DNA of 64,000 nt. Origin: Phycisphaerae bacterium (GTDB taxonomy: Bacteria > Planctomycetota > Phycisphaerae > UBA1845 > Fen-1342). Below the pieces are notes generated by a model. That model was not told where the DNA came from. It saw nothing but the letters and a program-made list of their open reading frames with translations, and searched no databases. The stretch covers positions 16,083 through 80,082 of the forward strand of contig JASFQK010000034.1 in assembly GCA_050115495.1 (NCBI GenBank). The letters are read 5' to 3'. Positions within the stretch are counted from its first letter, which is position 1; every line of letters begins with the position of its first letter. A program made the position numbers and the translations under genes. Of this stretch, positions 36,843 through 45,524 are shown in pieces.

Positions 36843-38832
36843 GGACGCCGAGCAGGTCCCGGACCGGCTGGCCCTGCTGTGTGGTGCCGAGTGCATCACG
36901 CTCGAGGCCCTGGCGACCGAGGGCGACGCTCCGGCCGTCCCGCGTTTCACCATGCTGGCCTATACCGGCAGGCCGATGCGGGTCGAGGGCTGGCGGTTCC
37001 CGGTCGTGGTGGACCTGGAGGGGCTGGTGATCCCGTCACAGCGGCGGTCGGTGCGTTTCGCGCACAGCATGTACGCCGGCGTGGGGCACACCGAGCGGAT
37101 CGCCGTCGAGGCCGGCCGGCTGATCGCCGAGGGCATCGTCAGCCGGGACACGGCGGCGGCTCGGGAGGTGGTGACCAGCGGCAAGCGGGGCTTCCCGTGG
37201 CAGGCGTCGATCGGGGCCCAGGTAGCCCAGGCCGAGTTCGTGCGTGGCGGTAAGAGCGTCCTGGTGAACGGGCGGACGTTCGAAGGGCCGCTGTACGTGG
37301 CCCGGCGGACCGTACTCGGGGAAATCAGCTTCGTGGACCTGGGGGCGGACGGCAACACGGCTGCGACCATCGCGGCACAACAGCAGGAGAGCGCACTCAT
37401 GGACGAGACGAACGACACGCCGGTCACGCCGGCCGAAGACACCCAGCCGACGGCGGAGTCCACCCCCGCGGGACAGACGGGCGGGAGTGGCACGGAGGCC
37501 AACCCGTCCGTCGACCCGGTCGCCGAGATCCGGGCCCAGGCCGTGGCCGAGAGCAAGCGCATCGCGGCCGTCCGCCGGATCTGCGGTGGGCGGTTCCCGC
37601 AGATCGAGGAACAGGCCATCGCCGACGGCTGGACCGAGGAGAAGACCGAGCTCGAGAAGCTGCGGGCCGGCCGGCCGAAGGCTCCGGCCGTCCACGTGGT
37701 CGACGAGACGGTGAGCGGCCGGATCCTCGAGGCGGCCTGCATGATGGCCGGGAAGATCACCCGGGTCGAGCAGCAGTACGACGAGCAGACGCTGGACGCC
37801 GCCGCCCGGCGATTCCGCGGCGGCATCGGGCTGCAGGAGCTCTTCCTCGAGGCCGCCCGGGCCAACGGCTACACCGGCTGGAACTTCCGCGACAGCCGTG
37901 AGGTGCTGCGCTGTGCGTTCGGGCAGGGGCTGCAGGCCGGCTTCTCGAGCATCAACATCGGCGGCATCCTCAGCAACGTGACGAACAAGTTCCTGCTGGA
38001 GGGCTTCTTCAGCGTGGAGCGGACCTGGCGGAACATCTGCGCGGTCCGCAACGTCAGCGACTTCAAGACGGTCACCAGCTACCGGCTGATCGGCAAGGAC
38101 CAGTACGAGAAGGTCGCCCCCGGCGGTGAGCTGAAGCACGGCACGCTGGGCGAGCAGAGCTACCAGAACAAGGCCGACACGTACGGTCTGATCCTCGGCG
38201 TCGACCGGCAGGACATGATCAACGACGACCTGGGGGCGATCACCACGGTGCCGCGCAAGCTGGGCCGCGGGTCGGGCCTGAAGATCAACGACGTCTTCTG
38301 GTCGACCTTCATGAACAACGGCGCGTTCTTCTGCGTCGGCAACAAGAACTACCTCAGCGGCGCCGACACGGCGCTGTCGATCGGGGGGCTCAGCAAGGCC
38401 GAGGTTGCCTTCCTCGAGCAAACCGATCCCAACGGCAAGCCGCTGGGCTCGATGCCGGTGATCCTGCTCGTGCCGACGGGGCTCTCGGCCACGGGCACGG
38501 GGCTCTACAAGTCGCTGGAGATCCGCGACACGACGGCCAGCACGCGCTATCCGGTGGCCAACCCGCACGTCGGGAAGTTCCGGGTCGAGGTCAGCCGTTA
38601 CCTGAGCAATTCCCAGTACCCCGGCCATTCGAGCAAGGCCTGGCACCTGCTGGCCGATCCGCAGGACCTGGCGGTGATCGAGGTGGCGTTCCTCAACGGT
38701 CAGGAGTCGCCGACGATCGAGACGGCCGACGCGGACTTCAACGTGCTCGGCGTGCAGATGCGCGGCTACCACGACTTCGGTGTGGCTCTGCAGGAGCCGT
38801 GCGGCGGCGTGAAGAGCAAGGGCGAGGTGTAG
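36805..38832 (+). CDS. Prohead protease-scaffold-major capsid fusion (Mu gpT-like capsid domain)
   Basis: AYTG, H..VGHT, PWQASIG, EISFV.LGAD (protease). Acidic linker. VSDFK, INDDLGA, IEVAFLNGQESPTIE, DFG (capsid). Confidence 0.88.
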   Translation: MSRKTKTPAPRREDAEQVPDRLALLCGAECITLEALATEGDAPAVPRFTMLAYTGRPMRVEGWRFPVVVDLEGLVIPSQRRSVRFAHSMYAGVGHTERIAVEAGRLIAEGIVSRDTAAAREVVTSGKRGFPWQASIGAQVAQAEFVRGGKSVLVNGRTFEGPLYVARRTVLGEISFVDLGADGNTAATIAAQQQESALMDETNDTPVTPAEDTQPTAESTPAGQTGGSGTEANPSVDPVAEIRAQAVAESKRIAAVRRICGGRFPQIEEQAIADGWTEEKTELEKLRAGRPKAPAVHVVDETVSGRILEAACMMAGKITRVEQQYDEQTLDAAARRFRGGIGLQELFLEAARANGYTGWNFRDSREVLRCAFGQGLQAGFSSINIGGILSNVTNKFLLEGFFSVERTWRNICAVRNVSDFKTVTSYRLIGKDQYEKVAPGGELKHGTLGEQSYQNKADTYGLILGVDRQDMINDDLGAITTVPRKLGRGSGLKINDVFWSTFMNNGAFFCVGNKNYLSGADTALSIGGLSKAEVAFLEQTDPNGKPLGSMPVILLVPTGLSATGTGLYKSLEIRDTTASTRYPVANPHVGKFRVEVSRYLSNSQYPGHSSKAWHLLADPQDLAVIEVAFLNGQESPTIETADADFNVLGVQMRGYHDFGVALQEPCGGVKSKGEV

Positions 38833-38903
38833 GACTGGCGCGGTGAACACGGGCCGCGCCTTGTGCTGCGGCCCGTGCTCGCCTCAGCCTGAGGAGATCC
38901 ACG

Positions 38904-39719
38904 ATGCAAGCGACGTATGAATCCAGCGGGGAGACGATCGACTACACGCCCGGCGCGGACGTGCCGGCCGATTCGATCGTCGTGCAGGGCAAGCTCGTCG
39001 GCTACACGCCGCGGCCGCTGCCGGCCCATCAGCAGGGCGCCCTGCGCGTCCAGGGCGTCATTCGGGCCGCCAAGGACGCCAGCAACATCACCGGCCCCGG
39101 GCTGCCGGTCTTCTGGAACATCGCCGGCAATCCGGTCGGCGGCGAGGCCGGCTCGGGCTGTATGACCACGACCGCCACGGGCAACGTGTTCGCCGGCTGG
39201 TCGCTGGAGGCCGCCGATCCGGCCACCGGTACGGTCCTCATGCTCCTGCGTTCGGCGAACGACGCCGACACGATGGGGATCGACGACCTGTCCGACGTCG
39301 GGGCTGTGAGCCACACGGCTGGCATGCTGCTGGTGGCCGACGGTACCGCCTGGCAGAGCGTGTCGCTGTCGGGGCTGCTGGCCCTGGCGGCGTCCGGGGC
39401 GCTGCGCATGGCGGTCGCCGCGGTGGCCGCGACCGGCTCGACGCAGGCCGCCGCCGCCGCTGTGGCCGAGGGCCTCACGCATGCGACCGGCGCCGATGCG
39501 ACGAAGGGCGTGCAACTGCCCACGGCCGCCGCCGGGAAGGTGTGCGTCATCAAGAACAGCGAGGTGGCCGACGCCGTGCTCAACGTCTACCCGGCCACCG
39601 ACGACGCGATCAACGCGTTGTCGGCGGACGCGGCCTTCGAGATGCCGGCGAAGTCGGCGGCGGTGTTCGTCGCCCTGGACGACACGACCTGGGTCACGGT
39701 TCCGCGAACGCCTTCCTGA
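38904..39719 (+). CDS. DUF2190-like capsid cement/decoration protein with a C-terminal extension
   Basis: G.TIDYTPGADV....IVVQG..VG, GAL.VQGV, V.W. Position after the capsid gene. Confidence 0.75.
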   Translation: MQATYESSGETIDYTPGADVPADSIVVQGKLVGYTPRPLPAHQQGALRVQGVIRAAKDASNITGPGLPVFWNIAGNPVGGEAGSGCMTTTATGNVFAGWSLEAADPATGTVLMLLRSANDADTMGIDDLSDVGAVSHTAGMLLVADGTAWQSVSLSGLLALAASGALRMAVAAVAATGSTQAAAAAVAEGLTHATGADATKGVQLPTAAAGKVCVIKNSEVADAVLNVYPATDDAINALSADAAFEMPAKSAAVFVALDDTTWVTVPRTPS

Positions 39720-39735
39720 TTCTGAACGGTGACCC

Positions 39736-40122
39736 ATGGCGAACCTGCTCGAACGTGGTGCCGCTTGGCTGAGCCGACAACGCACACAGCATTGTGCGTC
39801 GCTCGTGACGTACGAGGACCACGGCAGCCGTGTGGACGTGCGGGCGACGGTCGGCCGCACCGCGTTCGAGCAGGTGGATGAATTCGGCGTCGTCCATCGC
39901 ACCGAGTCGCGGGACTTCCTGATCGCGGCGGAGGACCTGGTGCTCGATGGCGCCGTGGTGCTCCCCCGGGGCGGCGCTCGTATCCGTGAGCCGGCCGGCG
40001 GGCAGACGTTCGTCTACGAGGTGATGGCGCCCGGCGGCGAGCCGCCCTGGCGCTACAGCGATGCGTTTCGTCGCACGCTGCGGATTCACACGAAACACGT
40101 AGCCACGGAGACCGGCGAATGA
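39736..40122 (+). CDS. Head-tail joining protein
   Basis: Position. RDFLI.AEDL, YEV..PGGEP.WRYSD..R..LRIHTK. Confidence 0.65.
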   Translation: MANLLERGAAWLSRQRTQHCASLVTYEDHGSRVDVRATVGRTAFEQVDEFGVVHRTESRDFLIAAEDLVLDGAVVLPRGGARIREPAGGQTFVYEVMAPGGEPPWRYSDAFRRTLRIHTKHVATETGE

Positions 40123-40346
40123 GCGATCGACCGTGCCAGCATGAGCCGGAGTGCCGCCAGGACCTGAAGCAGGTGCGGGAGACGGTGTACGGCAACGGCC
40201 ACCCCGAGAAGTCGCTGATCATGCGCGTCGAGTTCGTCGAGCGACAGCTCAACACCATCCGGCGGATGTCGCTGGCCACGCTCGGTGGGGTCGGCATGCT
40301 CGTCGGCAAGCTCATCTTCGCCTGGCTCGAAACGTTGGTGCACTGA
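40119..40346 (+). CDS. Small protein with a coiled coil and one TM helix
   Basis: VYGNG.P..SL..RV..VE, C-terminal hydrophobic helix. Confidence 0.55.
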   Translation: MSDRPCQHEPECRQDLKQVRETVYGNGHPEKSLIMRVEFVERQLNTIRRMSLATLGGVGMLVGKLIFAWLETLVH

Positions 40347-40347
40347 C

Positions 40348-40788
40348 ATGGCCCAAGCATCGATCATCACGCTGGCCAACGCGATCACGGTCGACCTCAA
40401 CGGCGGTACGTTCGAGGGTCGGTTCGTCGCCCAGCGCGGGTACCGGCCCGTCGTCGAGTTGCCGGACATCACCGGTGCGATTGTGACGGTCGTGCCCGCG
40501 AGTCTGAAAGGTGAGGTCGCCGACCGAAGATCGTGGTTCTACGACGACCGGATCTACATCGGCCTGCTCAAGAAGGTCGATCCCGAGGACCTCGCCGAGC
40601 TCGACGGGCTGATGGCCCTGGTCGAGGAGATCGGCGACCACCTGATTGGTAGCGAGCTGGCGGCGTTTCCCGAGGCCCGCTGCCTGGCGATCGAGAACGA
40701 CCCGCTCTTCTCGCCGGAGCACCTGGAGCAACGACGGCAGTTCACGAGTCTGCTCACGGCCGTGTACCGCCTGCGGAGGGTCTCATGA
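40348..40788 (+). CDS. Putative tail terminator/neck protein
   Basis: Position and size. IYIGLLKK, LMALVEEI.D, FTSLLT..YR. Confidence 0.6.
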   Translation: MAQASIITLANAITVDLNGGTFEGRFVAQRGYRPVVELPDITGAIVTVVPASLKGEVADRRSWFYDDRIYIGLLKKVDPEDLAELDGLMALVEEIGDHLIGSELAAFPEARCLAIENDPLFSPEHLEQRRQFTSLLTAVYRLRRVS

Positions 40789-41087
40789 ACGTCCGGGCCC
40801 TGGCCATCACGCCGGACGCGGCCGTGATCGCGCTGGTGGGCGACCACGAGCTGCGGATCACCAAGACCTGGCTGGCGAGCCAGTTCGCCGTCGCGCCCGG
40901 CGCGTCGGCGGCCGAGAAGCGGGACGCCACGCTGGCGGCGCTGCGGGAGACGTTTGTGGACCCGGAGCTGCTGGTCCCGGAGCGGCTGTGGGTGGACTTC
41001 GAGGACGACGGCACGATCCGTGCGGTCGTGGTGACGCGTGAGGACGGGTGTCCGTTCAACAACGCACGGTGGGCCCATCTGGCGTAG
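40785..41087 (+). CDS. Hypothetical protein
   Basis: ATGA coupling, GGAGG RBS. Confidence 0.55.
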   Translation: MNVRALAITPDAAVIALVGDHELRITKTWLASQFAVAPGASAAEKRDATLAALRETFVDPELLVPERLWVDFEDDGTIRAVVVTREDGCPFNNARWAHLA

Positions 41088-41099
41088 GAGACGATTGCC

Positions 41100-42467
41100 G
41101 TGCCTGTGCAGTGGTGTGCTGGTTTCGAGGCGGGTGACGCCAACGAGCTGGTCGGCGTGGCCGGGTCGGTCTCAGTTATCGAGGCCGCGGCCCGCACCGG
41201 CCGGTACGGCGTGCGTATCGCGCCGCCCGCCGGCGGCGACAGCGCCTACATCACGCTGGCCAACACGCTGACCGGCTTCGGGACGCCCAGCGTGACCTCG
41301 CGGTCGGCGTACGTGCTCGGCTTCGCGTTTCGGGTCGTCGCCCCGCCGACGGCCCCCGGGACTTGGGAGTACCTGCTCTACATCGCCAACTACACGCAGC
41401 ACCGGGCGTCGTTGTCGCTGTCGGGTGAGGGCCGGCTCGCGTTGCGGATCGGCGCGATGGACGCGCCCGTGTCGGCGACGTTTGGGCCGGTCGTGCCCGG
41501 GCGCTGGCACTACTGCGAACTGGCCGTGCTGGCCGACAGCTTCGTTTGGCGCATGGACGGTCAGCTCGTGGCCACCGGCGCCGCCGCGCCCGGCGGAATC
41601 ATGAACCGAGCGTATCTCGGCAAGCGCATCGACCTGCAGGAGCAGGGCTACACGCTCGACGTGGACGATCTCTACACGGAGACCGCGCCCGACTTCCTCG
41701 GACCGACGGCCCGCGTACTCCGACTGGCTCCGAATGCCGACGGCGAGACGGTGGCGTGGGTCAGGCACGGCATCGGCCTCACGAGCTTCTGGCAGCACCT
41801 GGCCGACGTCCCGCACGACGGCGACGTCACCTACGTTTCAAAACTCCTGGCGGCCGGAACGTTCGGCGTCGGCTTCGAAGACATCGCGCTGCAAGCCGGC
41901 GAGCAGATCGCCGCGGTCACTGCGGCGGTGGTCTGGCGGTCGACCACTTCGGCGAACGGCAGCGCCTACTTGCGCGTCGGCGACCACAGCGACGGGGCCG
42001 GCGGGGCGCCGGTGAGCACGTCCTACGACACCGCGTTCGTCCTGTCGCGGCTGGTGCCCGGCACGTCGCGAAAGTGGACGAAGGCCGACGTCGATGCCGT
42101 CGTGGCCGGCGCTGCGATGGCCTCGGGCACTGAGTTGTGCTGCACGCAGATCGGCCTGCACGTGCTGCTGTACGCGCCGCCGGCCGCGACCTCGATGTTT
42201 CGGTTTCAACGAAAGGACACGCCCATGAACTTCGTGGCGATGGAACCGCTGGTGGCCAGCGGATCGGACCAGCCGATCGAGGTGCCTCGCGGGGCAACGC
42301 TGCTGGTGCACCCGCTGGAGGCTGGCGTGGAGGTCCGCGACCGGCCGGGCGCGACCGCCAAGCTGACGATCACGGCCGGCTCGCTGGTGCCGCTGGGCCC
42401 GTCGTTGGGCCAGAAGGTGTACCTGCGGGCCACCGCGGGAACGACGATCGAACTGGCGCTGACGTAG
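41100..42467 (+). CDS. Concanavalin/LamG-like beta-sandwich virion protein
   Basis: GFEAGD, ARTGRYG, PGRWHYCEL, WRMDGQLV, DVDDLY. Internal AAAGGA plus in-frame ATG at 42225. Confidence 0.6.
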   Translation: MPVQWCAGFEAGDANELVGVAGSVSVIEAAARTGRYGVRIAPPAGGDSAYITLANTLTGFGTPSVTSRSAYVLGFAFRVVAPPTAPGTWEYLLYIANYTQHRASLSLSGEGRLALRIGAMDAPVSATFGPVVPGRWHYCELAVLADSFVWRMDGQLVATGAAAPGGIMNRAYLGKRIDLQEQGYTLDVDDLYTETAPDFLGPTARVLRLAPNADGETVAWVRHGIGLTSFWQHLADVPHDGDVTYVSKLLAAGTFGVGFEDIALQAGEQIAAVTAAVVWRSTTSANGSAYLRVGDHSDGAGGAPVSTSYDTAFVLSRLVPGTSRKWTKADVDAVVAGAAMASGTELCCTQIGLHVLLYAPPAATSMFRFQRKDTPMNFVAMEPLVASGSDQPIEVPRGATLLVHPLEAGVEVRDRPGATAKLTITAGSLVPLGPSLGQKVYLRATAGTTIELALT

Positions 42468-42484
42468 CGCAGGAGGATTGAGAC

Positions 42485-42898
42485 ATGCCGACTTTCTATC
42501 TCGGACGCAAGGGCCACCTGTACTACGGCGTCGAAGGCGTGTCGCCGTCGGCCGAGCTGCTCGATATCGAGGGGCTCACGCTGGATTGCGACGCCAACAC
42601 CGTCAGCTTCGTGACACGTCGCGGTGACGGCATGGAGACCACGGTGCAGGTGTCGCGCTCGTGTGCCGTCGACTTCACGCTCGTCAAGTATCCCGAGGCG
42701 GCGGCCGCCTACGCGATGTTCCGCAACGCGTGGCGCACCGGCGCCCCGATCGCCCTGAAGATCCTCGACGAGACCGGCGAGGGCCCGGACGGCGACTTCA
42801 CGGTCACCAAGTGCAGCCGCAAGGAGGATGCGGGTGACGTGGTGAAGGTCGACATCTCCGTCAAGATCGTCTCGCTCCGAGACTGGATTGGAGGCTGA
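42485..42898 (+). CDS. Major tail tube protein (putative)
   Basis: AGGAGG RBS, 137 aa. LG..G.LYYG, V..VTRR..G....V, F.VT..SR.E. Precedes the chaperone. Confidence 0.7.
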   Translation: MPTFYLGRKGHLYYGVEGVSPSAELLDIEGLTLDCDANTVSFVTRRGDGMETTVQVSRSCAVDFTLVKYPEAAAAYAMFRNAWRTGAPIALKILDETGEGPDGDFTVTKCSRKEDAGDVVKVDISVKIVSLRDWIGG

Positions 42899-42900
42899 AC

Positions 42901-43500
42901 ATGTCCACCGGAACACTGCAACTGACCGGGCATATCGCCGGCATCGGGCTGGGCGGCGAAGCGAAACGCACGGCCGACGCCCATCTCGGGCTGGACCCGA
43001 CGCTGCCGGCGGCGAAGTCCGGCACGCTCAGCACGCGCACGAGCGACACCGCCGGCACGCTGACGCTCAGCACCGGCCACGGCTTCGCCGAGGGCGACGT
43101 GGTGGACATCTACTGGACGGGCGGCTGCTGCTACGGCGCCGAGGTTGGCGTCGTGGTCGGCAACGACGTGCCGTTCACCGGGGCCGCCGGCGACGTGCTG
43201 CCCCCGGAAAGCGCGACGATCACCGTCCAGGAGCAGCAGGTCCACAACATCGACTTCGTGGGCGATCTGGCGGTGGCGATCGCCGCGCACTGCTCCCAGA
43301 AGTCGCAGCTGCTCTTCTGGGCCAATTCGTCGGTCGTCCTGGCCATCCCGCTGGCCGCCGGCGAGCCGTGGTTTTGGCTCGACGGGCAGACGGCGGCGAA
43401 CCCGCTGGCCTCGGAGACGATCACGCACGTCACGATCACGCAGGGTGGGACGGAGGCGGCGATGTTTCGAGCGGGCGTGCTCTACGACTCCGCGGGGTAA
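42901..43500 (+). CDS. Hypothetical beta-rich structural protein
   Basis: In the tail operon, GGAGG RBS. Confidence 0.6.
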   Translation: MSTGTLQLTGHIAGIGLGGEAKRTADAHLGLDPTLPAAKSGTLSTRTSDTAGTLTLSTGHGFAEGDVVDIYWTGGCCYGAEVGVVVGNDVPFTGAAGDVLPPESATITVQEQQVHNIDFVGDLAVAIAAHCSQKSQLLFWANSSVVLAIPLAAGEPWFWLDGQTAANPLASETITHVTITQGGTEAAMFRAGVLYDSAG

Positions 43501-43538
43501 CAACGGGCCGGGGAGCCGGCCCAGGGAGGTAACTGTCC

Positions 43539-44024
43539 GTGAAGGTCTTCAAGGACAACGAGAACCGCGAGTGGCAGCTCGCCGTCAACGTGAACGCCAT
43601 GAAGCGCGTTCGCGGTCTGCTCGACGTCAACCTGCTCGACTTTCTCGACAACAGGATCGTCGAGCGCTTCTACGGCGATCCGGTCCTGCTCTGCGACGTG
43701 ATCTACGCGATCTGCAAGCCGCAGGCCGACGCCGCGGGCGTCAGCGACGAGGACTTCGGCCGGGCGATGGCCGGCGACGCCATCGACGCGGCCACGAAGG
43801 CCCTGCTGAAGGAACTCGTAAATTTCTGCCCGAGCCCGAGGGATCGGGCGAACCTGAATCGCGTGCTCGACGTGACGCAGACCGTGATGGATCGGGCGAG
43901 GGACGTGATCGAGACGAAGCTGGCGGAGATCGACGTGGATCAAATCGTCGAGCAAGTCCAGACGAGCTTGAACGCTGGATCTGGCAGTGTGCCGGCGTCG
44001 CTGGCGTCGATCCCGGACCGCTGA
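43539..44024 (+). CDS. Tail assembly chaperone (gpG-like)
   Basis: Lies between tube and tape measure. FKD...REW, KRVR....VNLL, LLCDVIYAIC. In-frame slippery heptamer A AAT TTC. Confidence 0.75.
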   Translation: MKVFKDNENREWQLAVNVNAMKRVRGLLDVNLLDFLDNRIVERFYGDPVLLCDVIYAICKPQADAAGVSDEDFGRAMAGDAIDAATKALLKELVNFCPSPRDRANLNRVLDVTQTVMDRARDVIETKLAEIDVDQIVEQVQTSLNAGSGSVPASLASIPDR

Positions 44025-44239
44025 CGCTCCGCGAGCTCGCCGACATGGCCGAGGCCCGGTCGCGCGGCGAATGGGCTCGCGCCTCGGCGCTGATGATGAC
44101 CGTGGCGAACTGCCACCGCGGCCCGAAGACCAGGCCGTTCGAGCCGTCCGACTTCGATCCGTACGCGAAGTCCGACGAACGTGAAGTGAGCAGTATGGCG
44201 GAGTTGAAGCCCTATTTCGTTGATGACGAGGAGGACTGA
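43820..44239 (+). CDS. gpT-like -1 frame extension of the chaperone (or a separate ORF from ATG 44045)
   Basis: Open -1 frame: WIWQCAGVAGVDPGPLTLREL..MAEAR...W....PSDFDPY. Confidence 0.55.
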   Translation, partial: KFLPEPEGSGEPESRARRDADRDGSGEGRDRDEAGGDRRGSNRRASPDELERWIWQCAGVAGVDPGPLTLRELADMAEARSRGEWARASALMMTVANCHRGPKTRPFEPSDFDPYAKSDEREVSSMAELKPYFVDDEED

Positions 44240-44242
44240 CCG

Positions 44243-44548
44243 ATGTTTGCGAAGACGATTGCGTGTGTGCTGCTGCTGGGGCTCCTGCTGGGACTGCCCG
44301 GGTGTGCGACGCTGCTCTCCAAGAACCCCGAGCCGACGCAAATGGAGCGCGAGCTGAACGCGCTCGAACGGTCGAAGTTCCGCGGGCGGTTTTTGTTTCG
44401 CGCCTGGGGCGCGCCGCTGTCGATCTGGAACTGCGCCGGTGTCGGGCCGAATGCCCTGATCGAGGCCGACGGCGACGTGGACTTCACCGGCCCGCCGGCG
44501 TCGCTGGCGGGGCCGGCGCCGACCACGCAGCCGGCGGGCGGCACCTGA
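44243..44548 (+). CDS. Lipoprotein
   Basis: Signal peptide with lipobox LPGC. Confidence 0.7.
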   Translation: MFAKTIACVLLLGLLLGLPGCATLLSKNPEPTQMERELNALERSKFRGRFLFRAWGAPLSIWNCAGVGPNALIEADGDVDFTGPPASLAGPAPTTQPAGGT

Positions 44549-44581
44549 GACTCCAAGACCAACCACTAGGAAGGAGACGTC

Positions 44582-44896
44582 ATGACGACGACCAGCCCCA
44601 AGCCGGGGTGGAAGACCACGGAGTTCTGGGCGGTGATGACCGCCAACGTCGCGATCCTGCTGTCGGCCGTGACCGGCTGGCTGCCGGCGGACTGGGCCTG
44701 CGCCGCCGCGGCCGTCGCCGATGGGCTCTACGCCGTCGGCCGCGGCCTGGCGAAGCAGGGAACCGCGACCAACGACACCGCGCTCAAAGAGGAGGTGATG
44801 CGTGCGCTCGTCAACCGTATCGCGAGTGGCGGCGGCAGTACTACTGCTGCTAGCTCTGACGGGGTGCATCCGAGTGACCCCGCCGCCGGCGGTTAG
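44582..44896 (+). CDS. Holin-like membrane protein
   Basis: KPGWKTTEFW followed by two hydrophobic segments and Y..GRG..K. Confidence 0.6.
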   Translation: MTTTSPKPGWKTTEFWAVMTANVAILLSAVTGWLPADWACAAAAVADGLYAVGRGLAKQGTATNDTALKEEVMRALVNRIASGGGSTTAASSDGVHPSDPAAGG

Positions 44897-45047
44897 CCCG
44901 ATCACGATCGACGACCCCCGCGTCCAGGTCCAGCACCTGGACGCGGGCGAGCCGGCGCCCGCCGCCGGCGTGTGGATGTCCCAGTGGACGTTCGAGCGGC
45001 TCATCGAAGCCACGAAGCCGCCGGACAGTGAGCAAGCGAGCCGGTGA
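44802..45047 (+). CDS. Small Pro-rich lipoprotein (o-spanin-like candidate)
   Basis: GAGGAGG RBS, lipobox LTGC, overlaps the holin-like gene in another frame. Confidence 0.6.
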   Translation: MRSSTVSRVAAAVLLLLALTGCIRVTPPPAVSPITIDDPRVQVQHLDAGEPAPAAGVWMSQWTFERLIEATKPPDSEQASR

Positions 45048-45050
45048 ACC

Positions 45051-45521
45051 ATGGTGTCGATGCGGATGCGTATGCTTCAGTTTGACGCCCGGCCGTTCAT
45101 GCGGGCGGTCGAGCGGGCCAATCGCAGGAATCTGACGCAGGCCGCGGACGAGATTCGCGATGTGGCTCAAGGCAGCATGCAGCGAAGGGTGGGCCTGGCT
45201 CCGCCCGGGCATCCTCCGTACATGCGGTCGCGCTGGCTGAAGCGAAGCGTCCGCTCCGGATTCGATCGCGGCACTCGAACGTCGGTTGCCGGCCCGGAGC
45301 GTGCGAGGGGCGCCGGAGCGACTGAGGAGCGGCTGCTGATGCGGTCGCTCGAGTTCGGGGACCGGTACGCGCTTGGCCGTCGTGCGAAGAAACGCCGCAA
45401 GGTCGGCGTTGACGAGAAGGTCGTGGTGACGATCCAGCCCAAGCCGTACATGGCTCCCGCACTGGACAAGGAACGCTCTCGCCTGCCGCGGATGTGGGCC
45501 GACGCGATCATCGGAGGATAA
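45051..45521 (+). CDS. HK97 gp10-like neck/tail completion protein
   Basis: Basic. PPGHPP, LKRS, LEFG, PKPYMAPAL. Confidence 0.65.
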   Translation: MVSMRMRMLQFDARPFMRAVERANRRNLTQAADEIRDVAQGSMQRRVGLAPPGHPPYMRSRWLKRSVRSGFDRGTRTSVAGPERARGAGATEERLLMRSLEFGDRYALGRRAKKRRKVGVDEKVVVTIQPKPYMAPALDKERSRLPRMWADAIIGG

Positions 45522-45524
45522 CAG

